DNA from: Utricularia gibba
Taxonomy: Eukaryota; Plantae; Magnoliophyta
NCBI GenBank assembly: GCA_002189035.1
Contig: NEEC01000501.1
Coordinates: 1-35,861, forward strand
Direction: 5' to 3'
Length of the DNA stretch: 35,861 nt
Shown: positions 13,401 through 26,000 of the stretch, one piece after another
Position numbering within the stretch: the stretch's first letter is position 1
Layout of the letters: each line of letters opens with the position of its first letter
Made by a program: the position numbers and the translations under genes
The notes under the pieces: generated by a model
What the model was told of the DNA's origin: nothing
What the model saw: the letters and a program-made list of their open reading frames with translations, nothing else
Database searches by the model: none

Positions 13401-16400
13401 CCTTTGTCCCGTTCCAGGTGCACCCAAAGACCGCCTGCTCAAGTATAAAGTAAGTTGTTGAAAAAATCATGTGGGGTGCACGTGATATCGCAATTTAAAC
13501 AAATGCAAATCGATTTGCATCCTTTTGTCCTCATGAGCCATAAAGAATCGCGGGCCCGGACCAAGTTCCTAGCGAGACTGGCCGCCACAAAACGAGAAGC
13601 TGTTCCTTGAAAAACCATGTAGGCAACACGAAAACCGAACGTTAATAAATACATCACTTTCTTTGCCGGGCTACAACTTACTTTGGGCCAAGGCCTAAGC
13701 TGATCTTTTTCCGGTTCCAAGTGCACCCAAAGACCGCCTTCTCAAGTATAAAGTAAGTTGTTGAAAAAATCATGTGGGGTGCACGTGACATCATAATTTA
13801 AACAAATGGATCATTTTTTTTAATCGATTTGCATCCAGTTGACCTCATGAGCCATACAGAATGACCAAGTTCCCAGCGAGACTGGCCGCCACAAAACGAG
13901 AAGCGGTTCCTTGAAAAACCATGTAGGCAGCCCCCGAAAACCGAACGATAATAAATACATCACTTTATTTGCCGGACTACAACTTACTTTCCAAGCTACC
14001 TTTTTCCGTTCCAAGTGCCCCCAAGACCGCCTGCTCAGTATAAAGTAGAAAAAATCATGTGGGGTGCACGTGATATCGCAATTTAAACAAATGAATCGAT
14101 TTGCATCCTTTTGTCCTCATGAGCCATAAAGAATCGCGGGCCCGGACCAAGTTCCTAGCGAGACTGGCCGCCACAAAACGAGAAGCTGTTCCTTGAAAAA
14201 CCATGTAGGCAACACGAAAACCGAACGTTAATAAATACATCACTTTCTTTGCCGGGCTACAACTTACTTTGGGCCAAGGCCTAAGCTGATCTTTTTCCGG
14301 TTCCAAGTGCCCCAAAGACCGCCTTCTCAAGTATAAAGTAAGTTGTTGAAAAAATCATGTGGGGTGCACGTGACATCATAATTTAAACAAATGGATCATT
14401 TTTTTTAATCGATTTGCATCCAGTTGACCTCATGAGCCATACAGAATCGGGGTCAAGGACCAAGTTCCCAGCGAGACTGGCCGCCACAAAACGAGAAGCG
14501 GTTCCTTGAAAAACCATGTAGGCAGCCCCGAAAACCGAACGATAATAAATACATCACTTTATTTGCCGGACTACAACTAACTTCTGCAAGCCAAACCTTA
14601 CCTTTGTCCCGTTCCAGGTGCACCCAAAGACCGCCTCTCAAGTATAAAGTAAGTTGTTGAAAAAATCATGTGGGGTGCACGTGATATCGCAATTTAAACA
14701 AATGCAACATTGTATTCATCGATTTGCATCCTTTTGTCCTCATGAGCCATAAAGAATCGCGGGCCCGGACCAAGTTCCTAGCGAGACTGGCCGCCACAAA
14801 ACGAGAAGCTGTTCCTTGAAAAACCATGTAGGCAACACCGAAAACCGAACGTTAATAAATACATCACTTTCTTTGCCGGGCTACAACTTACTTTGGGCCA
14901 AGGCCTAAGCTGATCTTTTTCCGGTTCCAAGTGCACCCAAGACCGCCTTCTCAAGTATAAAGTAAGTTGTTGAAAAAATCATGTGGGGTGCACGTGACAT
15001 CATAATTTAAACAAATGGATCATTTTTTTTAATCGATTTGCATCCAGTTGACCTCATGAGCCATACAGAATCGGGTCAAGGACCAAGTTCCCAGCGAGAC
15101 TGGCCGCCACAAAACGAGAAGCGGTTCCTTGAAAAACCATGTAGGCAGCCCCCGAAAACCGAACGATAATAAATACATCACTTTATTTGCCGGACTACAA
15201 CTAACTCTCGTGCAAGCCAAACCTTACCTTTGTCCGTTCCAGGTGCACCCAAAGACCGCCTCTCAAGTATAAAGTAAGTTGTTGAAAAAATCATGTGGGG
15301 TGCACGTGATATCGCAATTTAAACAAATGCAACATTGTATTCATCGATTTGCATCCTTTTGTCCTCATGAGCCATAAAGAATCGCGGGCCCGGACCAAGT
15401 TCCTAGCGAGACTGGCCGCCACAAAACGAGAAGCTGTTCCTTGAAAAACCATGTAGGCAACACCGAAAACCGAACGTTAATAAATACATCACTTTCTTTG
15501 CCGGGCTACAACTTACTTTGGGCCAAGGCCTAAGCTGATCTTTTTCCGGTTCCAAGTGCACCCAAAGACCGCCTTCTCAAGTATAAAGTAAGTTGTTGAA
15601 AAAATCATGTGGGGTGCACGTGACATCATAATTTAAACAAATGGATCATTTTTTTTAATCGATTTGCATCCAGTTGACCTCATGAGCCATACAGAATCGG
15701 GGTCAAGGACCAAGTTCCCAGCGAGACTGGCCGCCACAAAACGAGAAGCGGTTCCTTGAAAAACCATGTAGGCAGCCCCCGAAAACCGAACGATAATAAA
15801 TACATCACTTTATTTGCCGGACTACAACTAAAAGCCAAACTTACCTTTGTCCGTTCCAGGTGCACCCAAAGACCGCCTGCTCAAGTATAAAGTAAGTTGT
15901 TAAAAAATCATGTGGGGTGCACGTGATATCGCAATTTAAACAAATGATCGATTTGCATCCTTTTGTCCTCATGAGCCATAAAGAATCGCGGGCCCGGACC
16001 AAGTTCCTAGCGAGACTGGCCCCACAAAACGAGAAGCTGTTCCTTGAAAAACCATGTAGGCAACACGAAAACCGAACGTTAATAAATACATCACTTTCTT
16101 TGCCGGGCTACAACTTACTTTGGGCCAAGGCCTAAGCTGATCTTTTTCCGGTTCCAAGTGCACCCAAAGACCGCCTTCTCAAGTATAAAGTAAGTTGTTG
16201 AAAAAATCATGTGGGGTGCACGTGACATCATAATTTAAACAAATGGATCATTTTTTTTTAATCGATTTGCATCCAGTTGACCTCATGAGCCATACAGAAT
16301 CGGGGTCAAGGACCAAGTTCCCAGCGAGACTGGCCGCCACAAAACGAGAAGCGGTTCCTTGAAAAACCATGTAGGCAGCCCCCGAAAACCGAACGATAAT

Positions 16401-19400
16401 AAATACATCACTTATTTGCCGGACTACAACTAACTCTCGGTGCAAGCCAAACCTTACCTTTGTCCCGTTCCAGGTGCACCCAAAGACCGCCTGCTCAAGT
16501 ATAAAGTAAGTTGTTGAAAAAATCATGTGGGGTGCACGTGATATCGCAATTTAAACAAATGCAACATTGTATTCATCGATTTGCATCCTTTTGTCCTCAT
16601 GAGCCATAAAGAATCGCGGGCCCGGACCAAGTTCCTAGCGAGACTGGCCGCCACAAAACGAGAAGCTGTTCCTTGAAAAACCATGTAGGCAACACCGAAA
16701 ACCGAACGTTAATAAATACATCACTTTTTTGCCGGGCTACAACTTACTTTGGGCCAAGGCCTAAGCTGATCTTTTTCCGGTTCCAAGTGCACCCAAAGAC
16801 CGCCTTCTCAAGTATAAAGTAAGTTGTTGAAAAAATCATGTGGGGTGCACGTGACATCATAATTTAAACAAATGCATCATTTTTTTTAATCGATTTGCAT
16901 CCAGTTGACCTCATGAGCCATACAGAATCGGGGTCAAGGACCAAGTTCCCAGCGAGACTGGCCGCCACAAAACGAGAAGCGGTTCCTTGAAAAACCATGT
17001 AGGCAGCCCCGAAAACCGAACGATAATAAATACATCACTTTATTTGCCGGACTACAACTAACTCTCGGTGCAAGCCAAACCTTACCTTTGTCCCGTTCCA
17101 GGTGCACCCAAAGACCGCCTGCTCAAGTATAAAGTAAGTTGTTGAAAAAATCATGTGGGGTGCACGTGATATCGCAATTTAAACAAATGCAACATTGTAT
17201 TCATCGATTTGCATCCTTTTGTCCTCATGAGCCATAAAGAATCGCGGGCCCGGACCAAGTTCCTAGCGAGACTGGCCGCCACAAAACGAGAAGCTGTTCC
17301 TGAAAAACCATGTAGGCAACACCGAAAACCGAACGTTAATAAATACATCACTTTCTTTGCCGGGCTACAACTTACTTTGGGCCAAGGCCTAAGCTGATCT
17401 TTTTCCGGTTCCAAGTGCCCCCAAGACCGCCTCTCAAGTATAAAGTAAGTTTTTGAAAAAATCATGTGGGGTGCACGTGACATCATAATTTAAACAAATG
17501 GATCATTTTTTTTAATCGATTTGCATCCAGTTGACCTCATGAGCCATACAGAATCGGGGTCAAGGACCAAGTTCCCAGCGAGACTGGCCGCCAAAACGAG
17601 AAGCGGTTCCTTGAAAAACCATGTAGGCAGCCCCCGAAAACCGAACGATAATAAATACATCACTTTATTTGCCGGACTACAACTAACTCTGGGCAAGCCA
17701 AAACCTTTTCCGTTCCAAGTGCCCCAAGACCGCCTCCTCAAGTATAAAGGTTGTTAAAAAATCATGTGGGTGCACGTGATATCGCAATTTAAACAAATGC
17801 AACATTTTTTTTAATCGATTTGCATCCTTTTGTCCTCATGAGCCATAAAGAATCGCGGGCCCGGACCAAGTTCCTAGCGAGACTGGCCGCCACAAAACGA
17901 GAAGCTGTTCCTTGAAAAACCATGTAGGCAACACGAAAACCGAACGTTAATAAATACATCACTTTCTTTGCCGGGCTACAACTTACTTTGGGCCAAGGCC
18001 TAAGCTGACTTTTTCCGGTTCCAAGTGCCCCAAGACCGCCTTCTCAAGTATAAAGTAAGTTGTTGAAAAAATCATGTGGGGTGCACGTGACATCATAATT
18101 TAAACAAATGGATCATTTTTTTTAATCGATTTGCATCCAGTTGACCTCATGAGCCATACAGAATCGGGTCAAGGACCAAGTTCCCAGCGAGACTGGCCGC
18201 CACAAAACGAGAAGCGGTTCCTTGAAAAACCATGTAGGCAGCCCCCGAAAACCGAACGATAATAAATACATCACTTTATTTGCCGGACTACAACTAACTC
18301 TCGGTGCAAGCCAAACCTTACCTTTGTCCCGTTCCAGGTGCACCCAAAGACCGCCTGCTCAAGTATAAAGTAAGTTGTTGAAAAAATCATGTGGGTGCAC
18401 GTGATATCGCAATTTAAACAAATGCAACATTGTATTCATCGATTTGCATCCTTTTGTCCTCATGAGCCATAAAGAATCGCGGGCCCGGACCAAGTTCCTA
18501 GCGAGACTGGCCGCACAAAACGAGAAGCTGTTCCTTGAAAAACCATGTAGGCAACACCGAAAACCGAACGTTAATAAATACATCACTTTCTTTGCCGGGC
18601 TACAACTTACTTTGGGCCAAGGCCTAAGCTGATCTTTTTCCGGTTCCAAGTGCCCCAAAGACCGCCTTCTCATGTATAAAGTAAGTTGTTAAAAAAATCA
18701 TGTGGGGTGCACGTGACATCATAATTTAAACAAATGGATCATTTTTTTTAATCGATTTGCATCCAGTTGACCTCATGAGCCATACAGAATCGGGTCAAGG
18801 ACCAAGTTCCAGCGAGACTGGCCGCCACAAAACGAGAAGCGGTTCCTTGAAAAACCATGTAGGCAGCCCCCGAAAACCGAACGATAATAAATACATCACT
18901 TTATTTGCCGGACTACAACTAACTCTCGGTGCAAGCCAAACCTTACCTTTGTCCCGTTCCAGGTGCCAAAGACAAGTATAAAGTAAGTTTGAAAAAATCA
19001 TGTGGGGTGCACGTGATATCGCAATTTAAACAAATGCAACATTGTATTCATCGATTTGCATCCTTTTGTCCTCATGAGCCATAAAGAATCGCGGGCCCGG
19101 ACCAAGTTCCTAGCGAGACTGGCCGCCACAAAACGAGAAGCTGTTCCTTGAAAAACCATGTAGGCAACACGAAAACCGAACGTTAATAAATACATCACTT
19201 TCTTTGCCGGGCTACAACTTACTTTGGGCCAAGGCCTAAGCTGATCTTTTTCCGGTTCCAAGTGCACCCAAAGACCGCCTTCTCAAGTATAAAGTAAGTT
19301 GTTGAAAAAATCATGTGGGGTGCACGTGACATCATAATTTAAACAAATGGATCATTTTTTTTAATCGATTTGCATCCAGTTGACCTCATGAGCCATACAG

Positions 19401-22400
19401 AATCGGGGTCAAGGACCAAGTTCCCAGCGAGACTGGCCGCCACAAACGAGAAGCGTTCCTGAAAAACCATGTAGGCAGCCCCGAAAACCGAACGATAATA
19501 AATACATCACTTTATTTGCCGGACTACAACTAACTCTTGCAAGCCAAACCTTACCTTTGTCCCGTTCCAGTGCACCCAAAGACCGCCTGCTCAAGTATAA
19601 AGTAAGTTGTTGAAAAAAATGTGGGGTGCACGTGATATCGCAATTTAAACAAATGCAACATTGTATTCATCGATTTGCATCCTTTTGTCCTCATGAGCCA
19701 TAAAGAATCGCGGGCCCGGACCAAGTTCCTAGCGAGACTGGCCGCCACAAAACGAGAAGCTGTTCCTTGAAAAACCATGTAGGCAACACCGAAAACCGAA
19801 CGTTAATAAATACATCACTTTCTTTGCCGGGCTACAACTTACTTTGGGCCAAGGCCTAAGCTGATCTTTTTCCGGTTCCAAGTGCACCCAAGACCGCCTT
19901 CTCAAGTATAAAGTAAGTTTTGAAAAAATCATGTGGGGTGCACGTGACATCATAATTTAAACAAATGGATCATTTTTTTTAATCGATTTGCATCCAGTTG
20001 ACCTCATGAGCCATACAGAATCGGGGTCAAGGACCAAGTTCCCAGCGAGACTGGCCCAAAACGAGAAGCGGTTCCTTGAAAAACCATGTAGGCAGCCCCC
20101 GAAAACCGAACGATAATAAATACATCACTTTATTTGCCGGACTACAACTTACTTTGGGCAAGCCAAACCTACCTTTTTCCGTTCCAGGTGCACCCAAGAC
20201 CGCCTGCTCAAGTATAAAGTAAGTTGTTAAAAAATCATGTGGGGTGCACGTGATATCGCAATTTAAACAAATGCATTTTTTTTAATCGATTTGCATCCTT
20301 TTGTCCTCATGAGCCATAAAGAATCGCGGGCCGGACCAAGTTCCTAGCGAGACTGGCCGCCACAAAACGAGAAGCTGTTCCTTGAAAAACCATGTAGGCA
20401 ACACCGAAAACCGAACGTTAATAAATACATCACTTTCTTTGCCGGGCTACAACTTACTTTGGGCCAAGGCCTAAGCTGATCTTTTTCCGGTTCCAAGTGC
20501 ACCCAAAGACCGCCTTCTCAAGTATAAAGTAAGTTGTTGAAAAAATCATGTGGGGTGCACGTGACATCATAATTTAAACAAATGGATCATTTTTTTTAAT
20601 CGATTTGCATCCAGTTGACCTCATGAGCCATACAGAATCGGGGTCAAGGACCAAGTTCCCAGCGAGACTGGCCGCCACAAAACGAGAAGCGGTTCCTTGA
20701 AAAACCATGTAGGCAGCCCCCGAAAACCGAACGATAATAAATACATCACTTTATTTGCCGGACTACAACTAACTCTCGTGCAAGCCAAACCTTACCTTTG
20801 TCCCGTTCCAGGTGCACCCAAAGACCGCCTGCTCAAGTATAAAGTAAGTTGTTGAAAAATCATGTGGGGTGCACGTGATATCGCAATTTAAACAAATGCA
20901 ACATTGTATTCATCGATTTGCATCCTTTTGTCCTCATGAGCCATAAAGAATCGCGGGCCCGGACCAAGTTCCTAGCGAGACTGGCCGCCACAAAACGAGA
21001 AGCTGTTCCTTGAAAAACCATGTAGGCAACACCGAAAACCGAACGTTAATAAATACATCACTTTCTTTGCCGGGCTACAACTTACTTTGGGCCAAGGCCT
21101 AAGCTGATCTTTTTCCGGTTCCAAGTGCCCCAAAGACCGCCTTCTCAAGTATAAAGTAAGTTGTTGAAAAAATCATGTGGGGTGCACGTGACATCATAAT
21201 TTAAACAAATGGATCATTTTTTTTAATCGATTTGCATCCAGTTGACCTCATGAGCCATACAGAATCGGGGTCAAGGACCAAGTTCCCAGCGAGACTGGCC
21301 GCCACAAAACGAGAAGCGGTTCCTTGAAAAACCATGTAGGCAGCCCCCGAAAACCGAACGATAATAAATACATCACTTTATTTGCCGGACTACAACTAAC
21401 TCTCGGTGCAAGCCAAACCTTACCTTTGTCCGTTCCAGTGCACCCAAGACCGCCTCCTCAAGTATAAAGTAAGTTGTTGAAAAAATCATGTGGGGTGCAC
21501 GTGATATCGCAATTTAAACAAATGCAACATTGTATTCATCGATTTGCATCCTTTTGTCCTCATGAGCCATAAAGAATCGCGGCCCGGACCAAGTTCCTAG
21601 CGAGACTGGCCGCCACAAAACGAGAAGCTGTTCCTTGAAAAACCATGTAGGCAACACCGAAAACCGAACGTTAATAAATACATCACTTTCTTTGCCGGGC
21701 TACAACTTACTTTGGGCCAAGGCCTAAGCTGATCTTTTTCCGGTTCCAAGTGCACCCAAGACCGCCTCTCAAGTATAAAGTAAGTTGTTGAAAAAATCAT
21801 GTGGGTGCACGTGACATCATAATTTAAACAAATGGATCATTTTTTTTAATCGATTTGCATCCAGTTGACCTCATGAGCCATACAGAATCGGGGTCAAGGA
21901 CCAAGTTCCCAGCGAGACTGGCCCCACAAAACGAGAAGCGGTTCCTTGAAAAACCATGTAGGCAGCCCCCGAAAACCGAACGATAATAAATACATCACTT
22001 TATTTGCCGGACTACAACTAACTCTTGGGCAAGCCAAAGCTTACCTTTTTTCCGTTCCAAGTGCACCCAAAGACCGCCTCTCAAGTATAAAGTAAGTTGT
22101 TAAAAAATCATGTGGGGTGCACGTGATATCGCAATTTAAACAAATGCAACATTTTATTTAATCGATTTGCATCCTTTTGTCCTCATGAGCCATAAAGAAT
22201 CGCGGGCCCGGACCAAGTTCCTAGCGAGACTGGCCGCCACAAAACGAGAAGCTGTTCCTTGAAAAACCATGTAGGCAACACCGAAAACGAACGTTAATAA
22301 ATACATCACTTTCTTTGCCGGGCTACAACTTACTTTGGGCCAAGGCCTAAGCTGATCTTTTTCCGGTTCCAAGTGCACCCAAAGACCGCCTTCTCAAGTA

Positions 22401-22731
22401 TAAAGTAAGTTGTTGAAAAAATCATGTGGGGTGCACGTGACATCATAATTTAAACAAATGGATCATTTTTTTAATCGATTTGCATCCAGTTGACCTCATG
22501 AGCCATACAGAATCGGGTCAAGGACCAAGTTCCCAGCGAGACTGGCCGCCACAAAACGAGAAGCGGTTCCTTGAAAAACCATGTAGGCAGCCCCGAAAAC
22601 CGAACGATAATAAATACATCACTTTATTTGCCGGACTACAACTAACTCTCGGGCAAGCCAAGCTGACCTTTTTCCGTTCCAAGTGCACCCAAGACCGCCT
22701 GCTCAAGTATAAAGTAAGTTGTTGAAAAAAT

Positions 22732-23000
22732 CATGTGGGGTGCACGTGACATCGTAATTTAAACAAATGCATTTTTTAATCGATTTGCATCCTTTGACCT
22801 CATGAGCCATAAAGAATCGGGGCCCGGACCAAGTTCCTAGCGAGACTGGCCGCAAAAACGAGAAGCTGTTCCTTGAAAAACCATGTAGGCATAATAAATA
22901 CATCACTTGCCGGACTACAACTAGGCAAGCCAAACCTCTTTGTCCGTTCCAGGTGCACCAAAGACCGCCTCTCAAGTATAAAGTAAGTTGTTGAAAAAAT
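22732..23000 (+). repeat. Short (269 bp) chimeric A-to-B monomer with internal deletions
   Basis: A alleles (CATAAAG, GGCCCGG, TTCCTAG, AAGCTGTT) occur up to ~22890. A ~19-bp gap follows CATGTAGGC, then B alleles (CCGGACTAC, GCAAGCCAAACC, TTCCAGG). The next unit is a full A. Confidence 0.85.
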
Positions 23001-26000
23001 CATGTGGGGTGCACGTGATCGCAATTTAAACAAATGCACATTGTATTCATCGATTTGCATCCTTTTGTCCTCATGAGCCATAAAGAATCGGGGCCCGGAC
23101 CAAGTTCCTAGCGAGACTGGCCGCCACAAAACGAGAAGCTGTTCCTTGAAAAACCATGTAGGCAACACCGAAAACCGAACGTAATAAATACATCACTTTC
23201 TTTGCCGGGCTACAACTTACTTTGGCCAAGGCCTAAGCTGATCTTTTTCCGGTTCCTGCACCCAAAGACCGCCTTCTCAAGTATAAAGTAAGTTGTTGAA
23301 AAAATCATGTGGGGTGCACGTGACATCATAATTTAAACAAATGCATCATTTTTTTTAATCGATTTGCATCCAGTTGACCTCATGAGCCATACAGAATCGG
23401 GGTCAAGGACCAAGTTCCCAGCGAGACTGGCCGCCACAAAACGAGAAGCGGTTCCTTGAAAAACCATGTAGGCAGCCCCGAAAACCGAACGATAATAAAT
23501 ACATCACTTTATTTGCCGGACTACAACTACTTTGGGCAAGCCAAACCTTTGTCCCGTTCCAGTGCCCCCAAGACCGCCTCCTCAAGTATAAAGTAAGTTG
23601 TTGAAAAAATCATGTGGGGTGCACGTGATATCGTAATTTAAACAAATGCATCATTTTTTTTAATCGATTTGCATCCTTTGTCCTCATGAGCCATAAAGAA
23701 TCGCGGGCCCGGACCAAGTTCCTAGCGAGACTGGCCGCCACAAAACGAGAAGCTGTTCCTTGAAAAACCATGTAGGCACACCGAAAACCGAACGTTAATA
23801 AATACATCACTTTCTTTGCCGGGCTACAACTTACTTTGGGCCAAGGCCTAAGCTGACCTTTTTCCGTTCCAAGTGCCCCAAGACCGCCTTCTCAAGTATA
23901 AAGTAAGTTGTTAAAAAAATCATGTGGGGTGCACGTGACATCGTAATTTAAACAAATGCATCATTTTTTTTAATCGATTTGCATCCAGTTGACCTCATGA
24001 GCCATACAGAATCGGGGTCAAGGACCAAGTTCCCAGCGAGACTGGCCGCCACAAAACGAGAAGCGTTCCTTGAAAAACCATGTAGGCAGCCCCCCGAAAA
24101 CCGAACGATAATAAATACATCACTTTATTTGCCGGACTACAACTAACTCTCGGTGCAAGCCAAACCTTACCTTTGTCCCGTTCCAGGTGCACCCAAAGAC
24201 CGCCTGCTCAAGTATAAAGTAAGTTGTTGAAAAAATCATGTGGGTGCACGTGATATCGCAATTTAAACAAATGCATCATTGTATTCATCGATTTGCATCC
24301 TTTGTCCTCATGAGCCATAAAGAATCGCGGGCCCGGACCAAGTTCCTAGCGAGACTGGCCGCCACAAAACGAGAAGCTGTTCCTTGAAAAACCATGTAGG
24401 CAACACCGAAAACCGAACGTTAATAAATACATCACTTTCTTTGCCGGGCTACAACTTACTTTGGGCCAAGGCCTAAGCTGACTTTTTCCGGTTCCAAGTG
24501 CACCCAAAGACCGCTTCTCAAGTATAAAGTAAGTTGTTGAAAAAATCATGTGGGGTGCACGTGACATCATAATTTAAACAAATGCATCATTTTTTTTAAT
24601 CGATTTGCATCCAGTTGACCTCATGAGCCATACAGAATCGGGGTCAAGGACCAAGTTCCCAGCGAGACTGGCCGCCACAAAACGAGAAGCGGTTCCTTGA
24701 AAAACCATGTAGGCAGCCCCCGAAAACCGAACGATAATAAATACATCACTTTATTTGCCGGACTACAACTAACTCTCGGTGCAAGCCAAACCTTACCTTT
24801 GTCCCGTTCCAGGTGCACCCAAAGACCGCCTGCTCAAGTATAAAGTAAGTTGTTGAAAAAATCATGTGGGGTGCACGTGATATCGCAATTTAAACAAATG
24901 CAACATTGTATTCATCGATTTGCATCCTTTGTCCTCATGAGCCATAAAGAATCGCGGGCCCGGACCAAGTTCCTAGCGAGACTGGCCGCCACAAAACGAG
25001 AAGCTGTTCCTTGAAAAACCATGTAGGCAACACCGAAAACCGAACGTTAATAAATACATCACTTTCTTTGCCGGGCTACAACTTACTTTGGGCCAAGGCC
25101 TAAGCTGACTTTTTCCGGTTCCAAGTGCACCCAAAGACCGCCTCTCAAGTATAAAGTAAGTTGTTGAAAAAATCATGTGGGGTGCACGTGACATCATAAT
25201 TTAAACAAATGCATCATTTTTTTTAATCGATTTGCATCCAGTTGACCTCATGAGCCATACAGAATCGGGGTCAAGGACCAAGTTCCCAGCGAGACTGGCC
25301 GCCACAAAACGAGAAGCGGTTCCTTGAAAAACCATGTAGGCAGCCCCCGAAAACCGAACGATAATAAATACATCACTTTATTTGCCGGACTACAACTAAC
25401 TAAGCCAAACCTTTGTCCGTTCCAGGTGCACCCAAAGACCGCCTGCTCAAGTATAAAGTAAGTTGTTGAAAAAATCATGTGGGGTGCACGTGATATCGCA
25501 ATTTAAACAAATGCAACATTTTTTAATCGATTTGCATCCTTTTGTCCTCATGAGCCATAAAGAATCGCGGGCCCGGACCAAGTTCCTAGCGAGACTGGCC
25601 GCCACAAAACGAGAAGCTGTTCCTTGAAAAACCATGTAGGCAACACCGAAAACCGAACGTTAATAAATACATCACTTTCTTTGCCGGGCTACAACTTACT
25701 TTGGGCCAAGGCCTAAGCTGACTTTTTCCGGTTCCAAGTGCACCCAAAGACCGCCTTCTCAAGTATAAAGTAAGTTGTTGAAAAAAATCATGTGGGGTGC
25801 ACGTGACATCATAATTTAAACAAATGCATCATTTTTTTTAATCGATTTGCATCCAGTTGACCTCATGAGCCATACAGAATCGGGGTCAAGGACCAAGTTC
25901 CCAGCGAGACTGGCCGCCACAAAACGAGAAGCGGTTCCTTGAAAAACCATGTAGGCAGCCCCCGAAAACCGAACGATAATAAATACATCACTTTATTTGC

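Larger units (their letters stand above)
178..22731 (+). repeat. Left sub-array: (AB)n HOR whose B units mostly carry AAATGGATCA
   Basis: 31 of 37 B-type starts read GGATCA; the exceptions are at 488, 1721, 3577, 5717, 10085 and 16837. A/B alternation is regular apart from the chimeric unit at 4183. Confidence 0.8.

Noticed and set aside
24795-24815. CENP-B-box-like word on the minus strand of B units (…CCTGGAACGGGA versus YTTCGTTGGAARCGGGA)
   Set aside because: Only the 3' part matches. The essential TTCG core is missing.
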